Positions 38,710 to 48,559 of a DNA stretch of 64,000 nt are shown one piece after another (position 1 is the first letter of the stretch; each line of letters opens with the position of its first letter). The DNA is from a virus (Duplodnaviria > Caudoviricetes). The notes beneath the pieces are model-generated. The model saw only the letters and a list, made by a program, of their open reading frames with translations. It searched no databases and was not told the DNA's origin. Made by a program: the position numbers and the translations under genes. The stretch spans positions 19,869-83,868 of IMG/VR virus record IMGVR_UViG_3300048606_000166; one strand, given 5' to 3'.

Positions 38710-39477
38710 TCACGTATGGCCAATGACGAGAGGGCGCATGAAGTGCTCGAGGATCTGGTCGACTTCCTCGTCGCCGGTCAGGTAGCCGCTCGCGCCGCCC
38801 ATTCGGACCCCTGCCCCTGCGTCGCCGAGCCGGTAGGACTGATCGCGCGTCCTTTCCTCCATGACGCGGTTACGCGTGAACTCGGCGCGCCGCGCGTCGC
38901 GATCGGCCATCTTCGGCAGCTGCTTCATCACGAGAAGCTTGCACGCGTGCTTGATGAGGAGGGGAGTCAATCCCTCGACCGATGTGCCGGCCGGATCGGG
39001 ATCGGTGTAGCCGAAGGTGCCCTCAACGACGACGTTCTGCTGGCCCTGCGGCCACCGGCGGGCCCACCATGTGGGCACGTAGACGCCACCTGTCGAAAGC
39101 CAATTCGACCCGCGGCGCATGAACTCGATGCGCGGGTCGTGCCTGTCGTCGGGCGCGAGAAGCCCCTGCACGAGGTGGCGGTTATAGACGATGTATTCCG
39201 CGGGATCGACCGTGAACCTGTCCGGATCGGCCTGCAGCGCCTCCCACGTATCGAAGAAGCGCACGGCCGCGATCGCGACGATGGGCACGTCGAACTGCAG
39301 GCGCCGCACACCGTCGGAGTCGAGCGTCAGCACGAGCTCGCGCGGCTCGAAGAACTGCCGCGTGACCCGATCGATGCGCGCCGTCTCGAGCGCGATGAGG
39401 GAAACAAGCCGCGGGTCTGCGGCCATCTCTGTGGTCACGCCCTCGTCGCGTAACTCCTCAACAGAGCAATACCCCAT
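38710..39477 (-). CDS. Head-tail adaptor/connector protein
   Basis: YCSVEELRDEG...IDRVTRQFF...GQQNVVVEGTFGY...IKHAC. Confidence 0.78.
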   Translation of the reverse strand: MGYCSVEELRDEGVTTEMAADPRLVSLIALETARIDRVTRQFFEPRELVLTLDSDGVRRLQFDVPIVAIAAVRFFDTWEALQADPDRFTVDPAEYIVYNRHLVQGLLAPDDRHDPRIEFMRRGSNWLSTGGVYVPTWWARRWPQGQQNVVVEGTFGYTDPDPAGTSVEGLTPLLIKHACKLLVMKQLPKMADRDARRAEFTRNRVMEERTRDQSYRLGDAGAGVRMGGASGYLTGDEEVDQILEHFMRPLVIGHT

Positions 39478-39521
39478 CGGCCGAACCTATCACCCGCTCG
39501 AGCGGGGCGACCCCCGCGACG

Positions 39522-40151
39522 TTACCGGTCGCGTCGCTTGCTGCCCTCGTGACCCTGCTCGGTGCGCTTCGTTGGGTCGAGCGGCTCTTTCTCGGCCTCT
39601 TGGCCAAGCGGCTGCGCCGGGCGCCCGGGGGCGCCGGGTTGGCCGACGAGGTGCGGCTGGCCCTGCTGCTCGGGTTGCCCAGGCAAGTTCTCGGGCTCTT
39701 TGCGATCGCCGCGGTACCCAGGGCGCCCCGGCTGCGGCGGCTGGCCCGGATTGGCAGGCGGCTGCTCGCCGGGCTGCGGCGGCTGCTGCGGATAGGGCGG
39801 ATGCGGCCCCGGTTGTTGCGGCTGCCCCGGCCCCTGCTGCTGCACCACCTGACGACGCACGGCGGCGTAGTCGGCGATGCTTCGGGGGTTGTCGGGCGTG
39901 CCGGCCGGATCGGCCAGGCGCTTTTCGCGAAGGTCGATGTCTTTCGCCTGCTCGCGCTCGGCCACCTCGAAGACGCGTTCGCTGCTCTCGGGATTCAAGT
40001 CGTTCTCAGCGTGGTCGCGCAGGCGCTTCGCGAGATCTTCGGGGCAGTTGTACCACCCGCCGGCCTTCGTGAACGTGCGGCCCTCGACGACTTGAGTGGA
40101 CCTGCCGGAGCTCGGCCTGATGCGCACCAAGTATTTCGATTCGGTTGCCAT
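39522..40151 (-). CDS. Hypothetical protein with Gln/Pro-rich C-terminus
   Basis: AAGG..GGGGG SD region; follows the capsid block. Confidence 0.7.
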   Translation of the reverse strand: MATESKYLVRIRPSSGRSTQVVEGRTFTKAGGWYNCPEDLAKRLRDHAENDLNPESSERVFEVAEREQAKDIDLREKRLADPAGTPDNPRSIADYAAVRRQVVQQQGPGQPQQPGPHPPYPQQPPQPGEQPPANPGQPPQPGRPGYRGDRKEPENLPGQPEQQGQPHLVGQPGAPGRPAQPLGQEAEKEPLDPTKRTEQGHEGSKRRDR

Positions 40152-40225
40152 GGCTGATCCCCCCGCGCTTCCTTTCGCGCCCTTTAGCGGCGCCCGTGCC
40201 TGTTTCAGAAAAATGGTCAATTTTT

Positions 40226-40954
40226 TTAACCGACGACGAGCCAGTCGAGCGTGCTCGTGTCGGCGACGTTGATGGTGCCCGCGGCGACCTGCGCCTGGAT
40301 GACGAAAGACCCAGGCGCGCCCGGCGTTTTGGTCGGCACCGCATATTCGACCGTGTCGGTCGTACCGGCGGAAACCGTTCGGGTGAGAAAGACGCGCGAG
40401 CCGGCCGTCACCGTCGCCGGCACCGTGACCGTGCCGAGCACGAGCGTCGCCGTGCCGGACTGCTCGCCGCCGCTTGCGGTCTGGGCGAAGGTGAGGTTCG
40501 TGGTGCCGAGCGTGATGGGCGCGTTCGTGGTGAGCGCGTAGACCTTGTCGGCATTGGCCGTACCTTCGGCCACCGCCACAAGAACGTTCGGCTGCGCCTC
40601 GCCCGCGACATCGAAGTCGCCCGAGCGCGTGAGGGGCGCGGCCCCGGCCGCCACCGTGCCGACCGTGTAGATACCGTTCTGGCTCGCCGTCGACTGGTTC
40701 TTCAAGAGCACGCGGTCGCCGGCGACGAGCGTGACGCCGTCCATCGTGGTCGACGCCGCGGCAAGGCTCGCGATGTTGGCCGTCGACGCCGCGCGCACGT
40801 GGTGCGTCGGCGAAACACCCGCGGCGCTGCCGCCCTCGAGCACGGCCCTGTGCTCTTCGAGAATGTCGCGAAGGCAAGGCCTGCCCGAGGAGCCATCAGG
40901 GGTGAGGCCCGAGCCCCCTTCGCCGAAGTGCTTCGGTATTGCGGTGAGTCCCAT
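40226..40954 (-). CDS. Head fibre/decoration protein
   Basis: VRAASTANI...DGVTLVAGDRVLLKNQSTASQNGIY...LTRSGDFD virion-fibre domain. Confidence 0.72.
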   Translation of the reverse strand: MGLTAIPKHFGEGGSGLTPDGSSGRPCLRDILEEHRAVLEGGSAAGVSPTHHVRAASTANIASLAAASTTMDGVTLVAGDRVLLKNQSTASQNGIYTVGTVAAGAAPLTRSGDFDVAGEAQPNVLVAVAEGTANADKVYALTTNAPITLGTTNLTFAQTASGGEQSGTATLVLGTVTVPATVTAGSRVFLTRTVSAGTTDTVEYAVPTKTPGAPGSFVIQAQVAAGTINVADTSTLDWLVVG

Positions 40955-40993
40955 GGATTTCCCCTTACCGGCTCTCGGGCCCCGGGCCCTTGG

Positions 40994-41308
40994 TTACGTC
41001 GAGATGACGAGGACTTCGAAGGTCGTGAGGTGCAGATCGCCCGACGCCTCGGCCCCGGTCGAGGGCACGATGATCTTCAGCTTGTCGAGGTCGTGGTCGT
41101 ATTCGACCTTGAAATCACCATTCTTCAGGCTGATGACGCCGAGGATGGTGCGGTTTGACAGCATCAAGGCGGAAAAGCCCGCCTGAAAGCCGGTCGGCCC
41201 GCCGGCCGTGTAGGCCGCCTCGCCGGGAAATCGGACGCGGTCGGCGAAGAGGGCGTTGGCCCCGACCGCGCCGGCGAACTTCATCAAGGTGAGAATCGGG
41301 AGTGACAT
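40994..41308 (-). CDS. Small capsid-associated protein
   Basis: Directly downstream of the MCP. Confidence 0.6.
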   Translation of the reverse strand: MSLPILTLMKFAGAVGANALFADRVRFPGEAAYTAGGPTGFQAGFSALMLSNRTILGVISLKNGDFKVEYDHDLDKLKIIVPSTGAEASGDLHLTTFEVLVIST

Positions 41309-41372
41309 GTCGACGGTCCTTCTGGGCTACCTGCCCCCTTGGAGCTTTGAGGTTTTGGTCCGGCTCGGCCTG

Positions 41373-42326
41373 TCAGTTGCCGGCGCTTGCGAGCACGTGC
41401 GTCGCCTTCACCGTCGCGGGCTCGTGAATGTATTTGGCGTCGAGGCGCACCGAGACGACCGTGATGTAGACGCGCGCCGAGATGTCCTTGGCGGTCTCGA
41501 CCTTGATGTCGCGCTGCATCCCCACCGCCATGTTTTTGGGGTCGACCAAAACGACGTTGGTCTCGTCGGTCGTGGTCCCGAGGTTCTCGGGGTAGACGGG
41601 CACGTCGATGACCGGGATGCCGGCATACTCGTCCGATGCCGACCGAACATCGGTCGTCAAAGCCTTGTCGCCGATCAAGGTCTGACGACTCGTCAGCGAA
41701 TCGTGGTAGTCGATCATCGCGTTCTTGCTCGTCAAGAACATGAAGTTGCGCGAGCCGCGCCAGTAGAGCGACGGCATCGCCTGGATCATTTGCTTCAGGA
41801 TGCCCTTATTGAGCCGCGCGCCGCCGGCGTCGATGGCGTGGCTCGTCGTCTGCTTCAAAAACCCATTGAGGAGCCGGAGGTACGAATCGGCCGACGAGGT
41901 GTCACCGGTGATGATGAGCTCCTCGATGTCGCGGGCGACCGCCTTCGCCATCAGCTGGGTGATGAAGTTGACGAAGGTGTTTTGCAGGATGTTGTCCTCG
42001 ACGGCCGCGTAGGGGATGTGGATTTCCCCGACGAGCTCCTGCGTGTTGAGCGTCACCTTCCCGAAGTCGGGCCGGGCGCGGTCCGCTTCTGAAAGCGCGC
42101 GGCTTTCGACGGCCCCGCGGAGCACGCGGCCCGAGAAGCCAACCTTCGAGAGCTCCATGCTGGGCGACGACATCGGCTTGACGGTCAGCCGCGGCAGCAG
42201 GTTGCTCTCGGTGATGGCGATCTCGAAAAACTGCTTGCTCTGCTCGGGCAACAAGTAGCCACCCTCGTTGATGAGGTCGGCCACAACCATGTCGGCCTTT
42301 TGGATGAAGGTCTGATTGGCGGTCAT
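41373..42326 (-). CDS. Major capsid protein (HK97 fold)
   Basis: GGYLLPEQSKQFF...LAKAVARDIEEL..GDT...L..GFLK motifs. Confidence 0.9.
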   Translation of the reverse strand: MTANQTFIQKADMVVADLINEGGYLLPEQSKQFFEIAITESNLLPRLTVKPMSSPSMELSKVGFSGRVLRGAVESRALSEADRARPDFGKVTLNTQELVGEIHIPYAAVEDNILQNTFVNFITQLMAKAVARDIEELIITGDTSSADSYLRLLNGFLKQTTSHAIDAGGARLNKGILKQMIQAMPSLYWRGSRNFMFLTSKNAMIDYHDSLTSRQTLIGDKALTTDVRSASDEYAGIPVIDVPVYPENLGTTTDETNVVLVDPKNMAVGMQRDIKVETAKDISARVYITVVSVRLDAKYIHEPATVKATHVLASAGN

Positions 42327-42393
42327 CGCTCTTCCTTTTGCTCGGCGGCTACCGCCGCATTGCCCTGCCCCTCAAAAAGTCTGCGAGTGCTGC

Positions 42394-43590
42394 TTACTTC
42401 CCGGTCGTTTGTGCGCGCTGCGATCGGCGTGCCGACAGATCGGCCGCCATGTCGTCGGGCCAGCTGACGCCAGCGCCCTTCACGACGGGGCCCCCCGTCG
42501 GCGAAGCGACGTTCGACGCTGGCACTTCGCGCGTCAGCGCCGCGAGGTCCTTCAAGGCCTTCTCGGTGAGAGTCTTTTGCTCGGTGAGCTGCTTTTGGAC
42601 CTCGGGGCTCGGCGTCGCGAGCGCCTTTTGCACCGTCTCGCCGATGCCCTTGATGGAGGCGTCGAGCTTCTCGAAGAGCGCCGCGAAGGCATCCGGTTCC
42701 GCCGCCTTCGCGGTCGGTGCGGCCGGCTTCGGGGCGGCCCCTTCGGCCGTCTTTTCCTCGCCGGTGAGCTCCAGGATCACCTCATCGAGCGAGCTTCGCA
42801 TGGCCTGCAGGCGCTTGAGCCGCTCGCCCGCGATCTTGCGCCCGGCCTTGGCGAGCGTGGCGAGTTCGCCGAGCCGCTTGGCGAGGTCGGCGGTGATGGT
42901 GGGCGCGGCCTTCGCGGCTTCGACGCCGGCCCCGCCACTCGCGGCGGCGGCGGCCGCGGCGAGCATATCGCCGACGGCCTGGATTTCGGCGATGCCCTTG
43001 GCGGGGTCCTCGCTCATCGTGTTCATGGCGGCAAACATGCGATCGCGCGCGGCGTTCACCGTCGTCACCATCGCGGTGTAGGCGTCGAGCTCCGCCTTGC
43101 GCGTCGCCTCGAGCGCCTTCTGCGCGGCCGGATCGGCTGGCGCGCCCTTGTCGGCGTCGGCCGCTGCTGGCGCGCCCCCGGCGGCGAATTGCGAAACGAG
43201 GCCAGCCATGACCGCGGCAGACTCCTTCAGCATCTCGCCGATGCCGTCAGGCACGGGCACGTTGTCGTCGATCTTCGCGTTCGACACGGCGCTCGCGATC
43301 GACTGGACTTTCTCGAGCACCTGCGCGAGCCCGTCCATGATCGTCTGCTTGGCCGCTGCCGGCATCGCCATCGCGCCCGCATCGGCCGGATCGCCGTCCG
43401 CCTTGGCACCCGGTTCGGGCGCGGTCCCTTCGCCCGCCTTCTTTACCGTCATTTCGCCCCCCGCCCTCTTGATCAAAACCCAGCGCCGGAGATTCGCCGC
43501 CATGTCGACGATGCTCACCTCTTGCGTGAGGATGCCCGTCAGACGTGCCTTGGCCCCCTTCGGTGCGGGCTCGGCGGCGGGCTGTGCCAT
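42394..43590 (-). CDS. Scaffold-like protein with N-terminal protease-associated strand motif
   Basis: LTGILTQEVSIVDMAANLRRWVLIK, then Ala-rich coiled coil. Confidence 0.7.
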   Translation of the reverse strand: MAQPAAEPAPKGAKARLTGILTQEVSIVDMAANLRRWVLIKRAGGEMTVKKAGEGTAPEPGAKADGDPADAGAMAMPAAAKQTIMDGLAQVLEKVQSIASAVSNAKIDDNVPVPDGIGEMLKESAAVMAGLVSQFAAGGAPAAADADKGAPADPAAQKALEATRKAELDAYTAMVTTVNAARDRMFAAMNTMSEDPAKGIAEIQAVGDMLAAAAAAASGGAGVEAAKAAPTITADLAKRLGELATLAKAGRKIAGERLKRLQAMRSSLDEVILELTGEEKTAEGAAPKPAAPTAKAAEPDAFAALFEKLDASIKGIGETVQKALATPSPEVQKQLTEQKTLTEKALKDLAALTREVPASNVASPTGGPVVKGAGVSWPDDMAADLSARRSQRAQTTGK

Positions 43591-43654
43591 GAGCGGAACC
43601 TAACAGAGCGGCACAGCCGGTCAACACCTCACACGGCACACAGTGAGCCGCGGC

Positions 43655-44617
43655 TTAGGCGAGGGGCGTCTTCGTGGCGAAGCCGGCAATCGAGTAGCCG
43701 GTAAGCTCGCCCTGTTTAATCTTCTTCCAGAGCTCGTCGTCCTCGATGCGCGTCTTCATCATCCAGGTGCCCTCGACGATTTTGGTGCCCGCGACGATGA
43801 AGTCGACCGGCGCAAGGTAGCTCTCGACGAGCTTCACAACGCGGTTGATGAGCGCTTTGTGTTGAAGGCCGATGTTGCGGTAATCGGTCATGTAAAGGTG
43901 CGCGGTCTGACGCACCTCGTCTTTCGAGTACGTGTCGCCTTGGGAGTCGACGTCGTCCGGAACGAGCACGACGCCGAGCACGGTCCGTTCCTCCTCCGTG
44001 GACTCAGCCTTGACGACCCGGCACACCCGGTCTGGCACACCGTCTTTGATGATCTCTGGCACATAGGGCGTCGCGTAAGCCGCGCGGAGAAGCACGTCGG
44101 TCGCCTTCGCGATTGCATCCATCGCCTTGGCGACGTCACCCGGCTCGACGCCGAGAAGCGCGCGCACCGCGTCGACGGGAATGGTCGCGACGGCCCCGAG
44201 AAATTCCGGCGGCGTGTGCTCGAGGTACATCGCGCGCGCGGCGCCCTCGCTCGAAAAACCGAGCATCACCTTGTACTCGTCGAAGGCGCCGTCCCGGCCG
44301 ACCTGGATCACCCAGTACGAGTCCTTCGCGCTTTCGTCTGGGCCGAGGTAGACGTCGAGCGCTTCGCCGTCGCCGCCTTGGGTGCCATCGAAATAGCCGT
44401 AGTCGACCTGAAATGTCCGCTCCCATTTTGTGCCGTCGGGCGCGGTCCCTTCTTGCACGAAGCCCTTCGGCCGGTCGATGACGACACGTAGCCCAGAATG
44501 CCGGACGACGCGCTTCTGCTTGCGCATCGGAGCAAGCCGCTCGAGCGCAAGAAAAACCCGCGCGCGGGCAACGTCGGCGCGGGTCTTTCGGAGCGAGGCA
44601 AAGAGGTCGGCCGCCAC
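43655..44617 (-). CDS. Inorganic-pyrophosphatase-like domain fused to XkdF-like prohead serine protease
   Basis: DYGYFDGTQGGDGEALDVYLG; VLGVVLVPDDVDSQGD...IGLQH...VESYLAP...GTW...GELTGYSIAG. Confidence 0.82.
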   Translation of the reverse strand: MAADLFASLRKTRADVARARVFLALERLAPMRKQKRVVRHSGLRVVIDRPKGFVQEGTAPDGTKWERTFQVDYGYFDGTQGGDGEALDVYLGPDESAKDSYWVIQVGRDGAFDEYKVMLGFSSEGAARAMYLEHTPPEFLGAVATIPVDAVRALLGVEPGDVAKAMDAIAKATDVLLRAAYATPYVPEIIKDGVPDRVCRVVKAESTEEERTVLGVVLVPDDVDSQGDTYSKDEVRQTAHLYMTDYRNIGLQHKALINRVVKLVESYLAPVDFIVAGTKIVEGTWMMKTRIEDDELWKKIKQGELTGYSIAGFATKTPLA

Positions 44618-44623
44618 GGCGGT

Positions 44624-45073
44624 TTACGCGCTTGGCAGGGAGGCGAGAAGCGCGTTGATATCGGCGGGGTAGGTCCACGCCCACGGGTCGGTGCTTTTGG
44701 CGGTGGCGGCCGGAGCCGCGGCCGGGGGCACGAGCGCTGGCGGCTCGGTTTTCGCGGCCGCCGCTTGCGGCTCCTCTTGGTCGTTCGGCTTCGGTTGTGG
44801 AGGCGGGGGTGCCGCGCCTGGCGCCGCCGCGGCGACCGGCATCCCCTGGCACTCGACGTGCGCCGCTTCGAGCATCTGCTTGAAGTCGGGCGTCATGCCC
44901 TTCTCGCGAAGGATGGTGAGCGCCTTGTCGAGGTGGCGCGCCATGAGCTCTTTGTAGACGTCGGGTTTTTGCGTCTCGGCCATGATCTCGGCCGTCGCCG
45001 AGCGCACCGCTGCAAACGCGCTCGCGAGGCCGACGGCATTAAGAACGTGATCGGCTGCATCGGACTTCGCCAT
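44624..45073 (-). CDS. Hypothetical protein
   Basis: GGAGGGGG SD; preceded by the late motif. Confidence 0.65.
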   Translation of the reverse strand: MAKSDAADHVLNAVGLASAFAAVRSATAEIMAETQKPDVYKELMARHLDKALTILREKGMTPDFKQMLEAAHVECQGMPVAAAAPGAAPPPPQPKPNDQEEPQAAAAKTEPPALVPPAAAPAATAKSTDPWAWTYPADINALLASLPSA

Positions 45074-45113
45074 GGCCCCCTCCGAAGATTCCAAGCCCGA
45101 CCCTATCACGGGG

Positions 45114-45374
45114 CTACCGGACCGCGGTCCCGTGCAGCTCGGTGAGAAACTTGATGGCTTCTTCGCGGTAGGACTCGTGAAGATGCGCGTTCGCTTCCCA
45201 CGCGGCCTGCGGCGAGATGCCTGGGTCATCGGCGGCGATGACCGACACGCCGTAGCAAATCGCCATCGCCACGGTTTCGGCCTCGGTCAGGCCCCTCGGC
45301 TTGCGTCGTTTAGGGGCGAAGGGCGCTTTGCACTGAGGACCGTGCCACGGCTTGCCGCAACGGCTGCACTTCAT
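45114..45374 (-). CDS. Hypothetical Zn-finger-like protein
   Basis: MKCSRCGKPWHGPQC; ATGA-coupled to Mu-F. Confidence 0.6.
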   Translation of the reverse strand: MKCSRCGKPWHGPQCKAPFAPKRRKPRGLTEAETVAMAICYGVSVIAADDPGISPQAAWEANAHLHESYREEAIKFLTELHGTAVR

Positions 45375-46456
45375 GCGGGCAAGAGTATCGACCGGCAGAG
45401 CTCGTGCAAAGGCGGCGTGCAAAGCCCCGCGTCCTGCAGCTGTTCGCTCGACATGAGGGGCGTGTATTCGCCGACGCGGTCGCTCGCGCCGTAGCCGGCC
45501 TTGTCGACAAGAGCGACAGAATGCTTTGAGCCGCCGGCCATGAAATAGAGAATTCCCTTACCGTCGGCGGCCTTGCCCATGCGCATGAACGGCTGAAGGT
45601 CGAAGAGGTCGGCCGGGTCCTCGAGCTTGGCGGTTCGCTCGAAGCGGTCGAGCGCGCGCCCGACCGAGAAGATCTGCTTGTCGAGAAAGCGGCACTGCTC
45701 GGTCGTTTTCTCGTCGAGGACGGCAGTAAAGATGCACCGCTCGATGCCCGCGTCGCGAAAGCTCCGGAGCTGGCCATAGCTCCTCGCCCGCGACATCTGC
45801 ACCGACGCGATCATGCGCCAGTACCAAAGCCCGCGATCGACGCCCACCTGCTGGAGGGACGTCTGTAAAGAGCGGGCGATTTCGTGCGAGTCGAGCCCTT
45901 CGCCGAGGCCCTTGGCGACGATGGTGCGCGAGAGCGCACTGAAGCGATCGGCGCGCCGTCCGTACTCGTCGGCGACGAACTGCGTCTGGCTGTCGCGCGC
46001 GAACTGCACGACGATCTTGTCGGTCGGCGTGAGCGCGCGCGAGCCCCGGCGCGAGAGGAGCTTGGCGGTGTCGGCCGAGGCGCGGCCGATCATCGTCTCG
46101 ACGTTCGCGGCAATGATCGGCCCGGCCGCGGCGCCGACCGCGGGGCCCGCTTCGCGCTGCGTCTCGCCGACCGCCTTGGCAGCCGCCTCGCGCTCGGCCG
46201 CGTTGATCTTCGCCCAATCCTGCTCTGCCGCGCGCATCGCCTTGCCGAGCGCGGCCCGGTCCTCGGGGGCCGTCGCCTTCAGCGCGTCGCGTGTGAACTT
46301 GTTGATGGCGTCGTCATAGCCGAGCCGCCCGAGCGTCGTCGTCCGTTTCTTGCCGGCCTTCTCGAGGGCGAGCGGCCCGAGCTGGGCCGTGATGAGCTCG
46401 ACGATCTCATCGCAGACGTCAGCGGCGTCCTCGAGCTCCGTCCAATGCGCGCGCAC
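45371..46456 (-). CDS. Mu gpF/SPP1 gp7-like head morphogenesis protein
   Basis: FTAVLDEKTTEQCRFLDKQIF...PPLHELCRS. Confidence 0.88.
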   Translation of the reverse strand: MRAHWTELEDAADVCDEIVELITAQLGPLALEKAGKKRTTTLGRLGYDDAINKFTRDALKATAPEDRAALGKAMRAAEQDWAKINAAEREAAAKAVGETQREAGPAVGAAAGPIIAANVETMIGRASADTAKLLSRRGSRALTPTDKIVVQFARDSQTQFVADEYGRRADRFSALSRTIVAKGLGEGLDSHEIARSLQTSLQQVGVDRGLWYWRMIASVQMSRARSYGQLRSFRDAGIERCIFTAVLDEKTTEQCRFLDKQIFSVGRALDRFERTAKLEDPADLFDLQPFMRMGKAADGKGILYFMAGGSKHSVALVDKAGYGASDRVGEYTPLMSSEQLQDAGLCTPPLHELCRSILLPA

Positions 46457-46469
46457 GGGCGGCGCCCCC

Positions 46470-46676
46470 TCACTTCGCGATGAATGCGCGCACGGCGGCA
46501 TCCTTCGATTCGAGCAGCTTGCGGAGCGCGACCGTCCGTTCGGGATTGCGGGGCAGGTCCAAGAGCTTGGTCGCCATCTCGCAGAACGGCTTGCTGACTT
46601 GCTGCATCGCGGCCGGCAGGTGCTCGTACGAGAAAAACTGCATGATGTGCTCGATCGGCTCGTCTCGGGAAGTCAT
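46470..46676 (-). CDS. 68-aa helical-hairpin protein, Acb2/Tad1-like candidate
   Basis: QFFSYEHLP...VSKPFCEMA...LPRNPERTVALRKLLESKDAAVRA; AAAGGAG SD. Confidence 0.55.
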   Translation of the reverse strand: MTSRDEPIEHIMQFFSYEHLPAAMQQVSKPFCEMATKLLDLPRNPERTVALRKLLESKDAAVRAFIAK

Positions 46677-46686
46677 TCGGCTCCTT

Positions 46687-48558
46687 TCACTGCGCGATGT
46701 CCGGCACGACCCAGGCCTTGAACTCCTCGGGGTCGACGTGCACCGTGCGCCTCGGCAGATCGGTTTCTCGGATGGTCTGACGCAGGAGGTTTTCCTCGCT
46801 CGAGCTTTCGATGGCGGCGGTCGAGCGAAGCACATCGCGTAGCCGCTCGATGGCCCCGACCAGATCGCGCGCGCTCGCGGCGCCGTTCGTAACGCCGTTC
46901 GGCTTTGGGTTGAGAGCGGGGGGAGCCCCGGCCCCCGCCTCGGCGGCGGCAGCGGCGTCGCCGGCGGCCGCGGCGTCGTGCAAGAGGCCAGCGTGGTACT
47001 GCAGCTTCGCGAGGTAGACGTCGATCGGCACCTTCGTCCAGTCGGCCCCGTCCGGCTTGAACTCCTTGCCAAGCAGGTGCGAGAGCAGCGGCCGCACCTC
47101 CTCGGCAGTCAGGTATTTCTCGCCGAGCTGCGAGAGGATCTTGGCGATCTCCTGCGGATCGCGATCGACGGGCCCATTCGAGACGAACCGCCAGAAGCGG
47201 ATGCCCATCTGTGAGAAAAGCCGCGTGTTGATGAGGTGGTCGAACTTCACGCGCTCGGGGGCGAAGACCTGCATCTCGGCGTAGCGCACGGCCGCCTCGG
47301 CGGTCGCGCGGTTGAAATCGCGCACGTCGCCGCGAAGGAGCTTCGGCAAGCGGAACTGACCGCCGACGCGCTCGGTGTTGCGCTCGTCGTAGTTCAAGAA
47401 GAGGGCGTCTTTCAGCTGCGCGTCCATGAGGGGCTTGATTTCGATCTGCACGCGAGGCGGCGCCGACCCCGCCAGGGGCGGCCGGTCGCCGCTGCCCGCC
47501 TCGAGCACGAGGATGGCATGAAAGTTGTCGCGCCCTTTGATGTTGTCGCGAATGTAGTTCTTGATTCGGTCGGCCGCGCCCGCGGCGAGCACCCCCCCGG
47601 AAACCAGCACGGCCAGAGGGGGCACGCCCTTGTTATCGAAATAGAGGATGTTGACCTCGTCGGCCGCGCGCGACCCGAGCACCGGCAAGGTCGCGCCGAT
47701 CCACCTCGGCACGCCGTAGGCGCTCGTCGGTGTGTGCAGTCGAAAGTGGATCATCTCGGTCGCCGGCAGGGCGCCCCGCTCTCGCTCCTCCATCTCGGCT
47801 TCGCTCTTGTAATAGCGGCCGGTTTTCGCGCTCATGAGGCGCGTGTCACCGAGCTCTTTGAAGAACGCGACGAGCTGCCCGTCGATGAACTGCACGTATT
47901 GCCGGGGGCGCTTGCGGAGCTTCACGCTCCGATAGGAGACCGCGGAGATCTTACGCTGCAGCGTCACCTCTTGGTGCTCGCCCGGCAGCGCGACCAGGCG
48001 CATCGCCGTGCTCGGCGCGTAGTGCACCTGCGCGATCTGAAGCCCCCGGTTGCGGATGACCTCCCAATAGGCGTTGCCGCAGACTTCGAGGTCGATGCGC
48101 GTTCGCTCGCGCAGCTCGCCGAAGCTGCACTCGGGCGTCGGATCGGTAAAGAAGAGGTCGAGCTGAAGGCGCTCGAGCTCAGACGCGGCCGCGATCTCCG
48201 TCCGGCGCGCGACGATCTCGGCGTCGGTCACCTCGGGCGGCAGGCCATCGTAAGCGCGCTCGAGCATGAGCGACATCTTCACCTGCTTGTCGGCGTCGGC
48301 GCTTTCGAGGTCGATGACCGGATCGAGGTGGTAGCCGAAGCCGTCGATGTTGGTGGCGTAGGCGTCGACGTTCGGACGAAGGGCGCTCGAGCGCTCGAAC
48401 ATCGCGTAGAGGGAGGCCGGGTCGTAAGGAGGCTCGAGCGTGCTGAAGCCAAGACCGGCGAGGGCGTCCTCGGCCGTCGGCTGCAGCCGCGTCGGCTTCG
48501 CCTCTGAGTCGTAGACGGTCGCCTTGACGACCGCTGCGCTGCCCCCCCGCTTGCCCAT
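46687..48558 (-). CDS. Portal protein (PBSX-like)
   Basis: EVCGNAYWEVIRN, EMIHFR...YGVPRW, YFDNKGVPP, RLPKLLRGD..FNRATA. Confidence 0.93.
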   Translation of the reverse strand: MGKRGGSAAVVKATVYDSEAKPTRLQPTAEDALAGLGFSTLEPPYDPASLYAMFERSSALRPNVDAYATNIDGFGYHLDPVIDLESADADKQVKMSLMLERAYDGLPPEVTDAEIVARRTEIAAASELERLQLDLFFTDPTPECSFGELRERTRIDLEVCGNAYWEVIRNRGLQIAQVHYAPSTAMRLVALPGEHQEVTLQRKISAVSYRSVKLRKRPRQYVQFIDGQLVAFFKELGDTRLMSAKTGRYYKSEAEMEERERGALPATEMIHFRLHTPTSAYGVPRWIGATLPVLGSRAADEVNILYFDNKGVPPLAVLVSGGVLAAGAADRIKNYIRDNIKGRDNFHAILVLEAGSGDRPPLAGSAPPRVQIEIKPLMDAQLKDALFLNYDERNTERVGGQFRLPKLLRGDVRDFNRATAEAAVRYAEMQVFAPERVKFDHLINTRLFSQMGIRFWRFVSNGPVDRDPQEIAKILSQLGEKYLTAEEVRPLLSHLLGKEFKPDGADWTKVPIDVYLAKLQYHAGLLHDAAAAGDAAAAAEAGAGAPPALNPKPNGVTNGAASARDLVGAIERLRDVLRSTAAIESSSEENLLRQTIRETDLPRRTVHVDPEEFKAWVVPDIAQ

Positions 48559-48559
48559 A

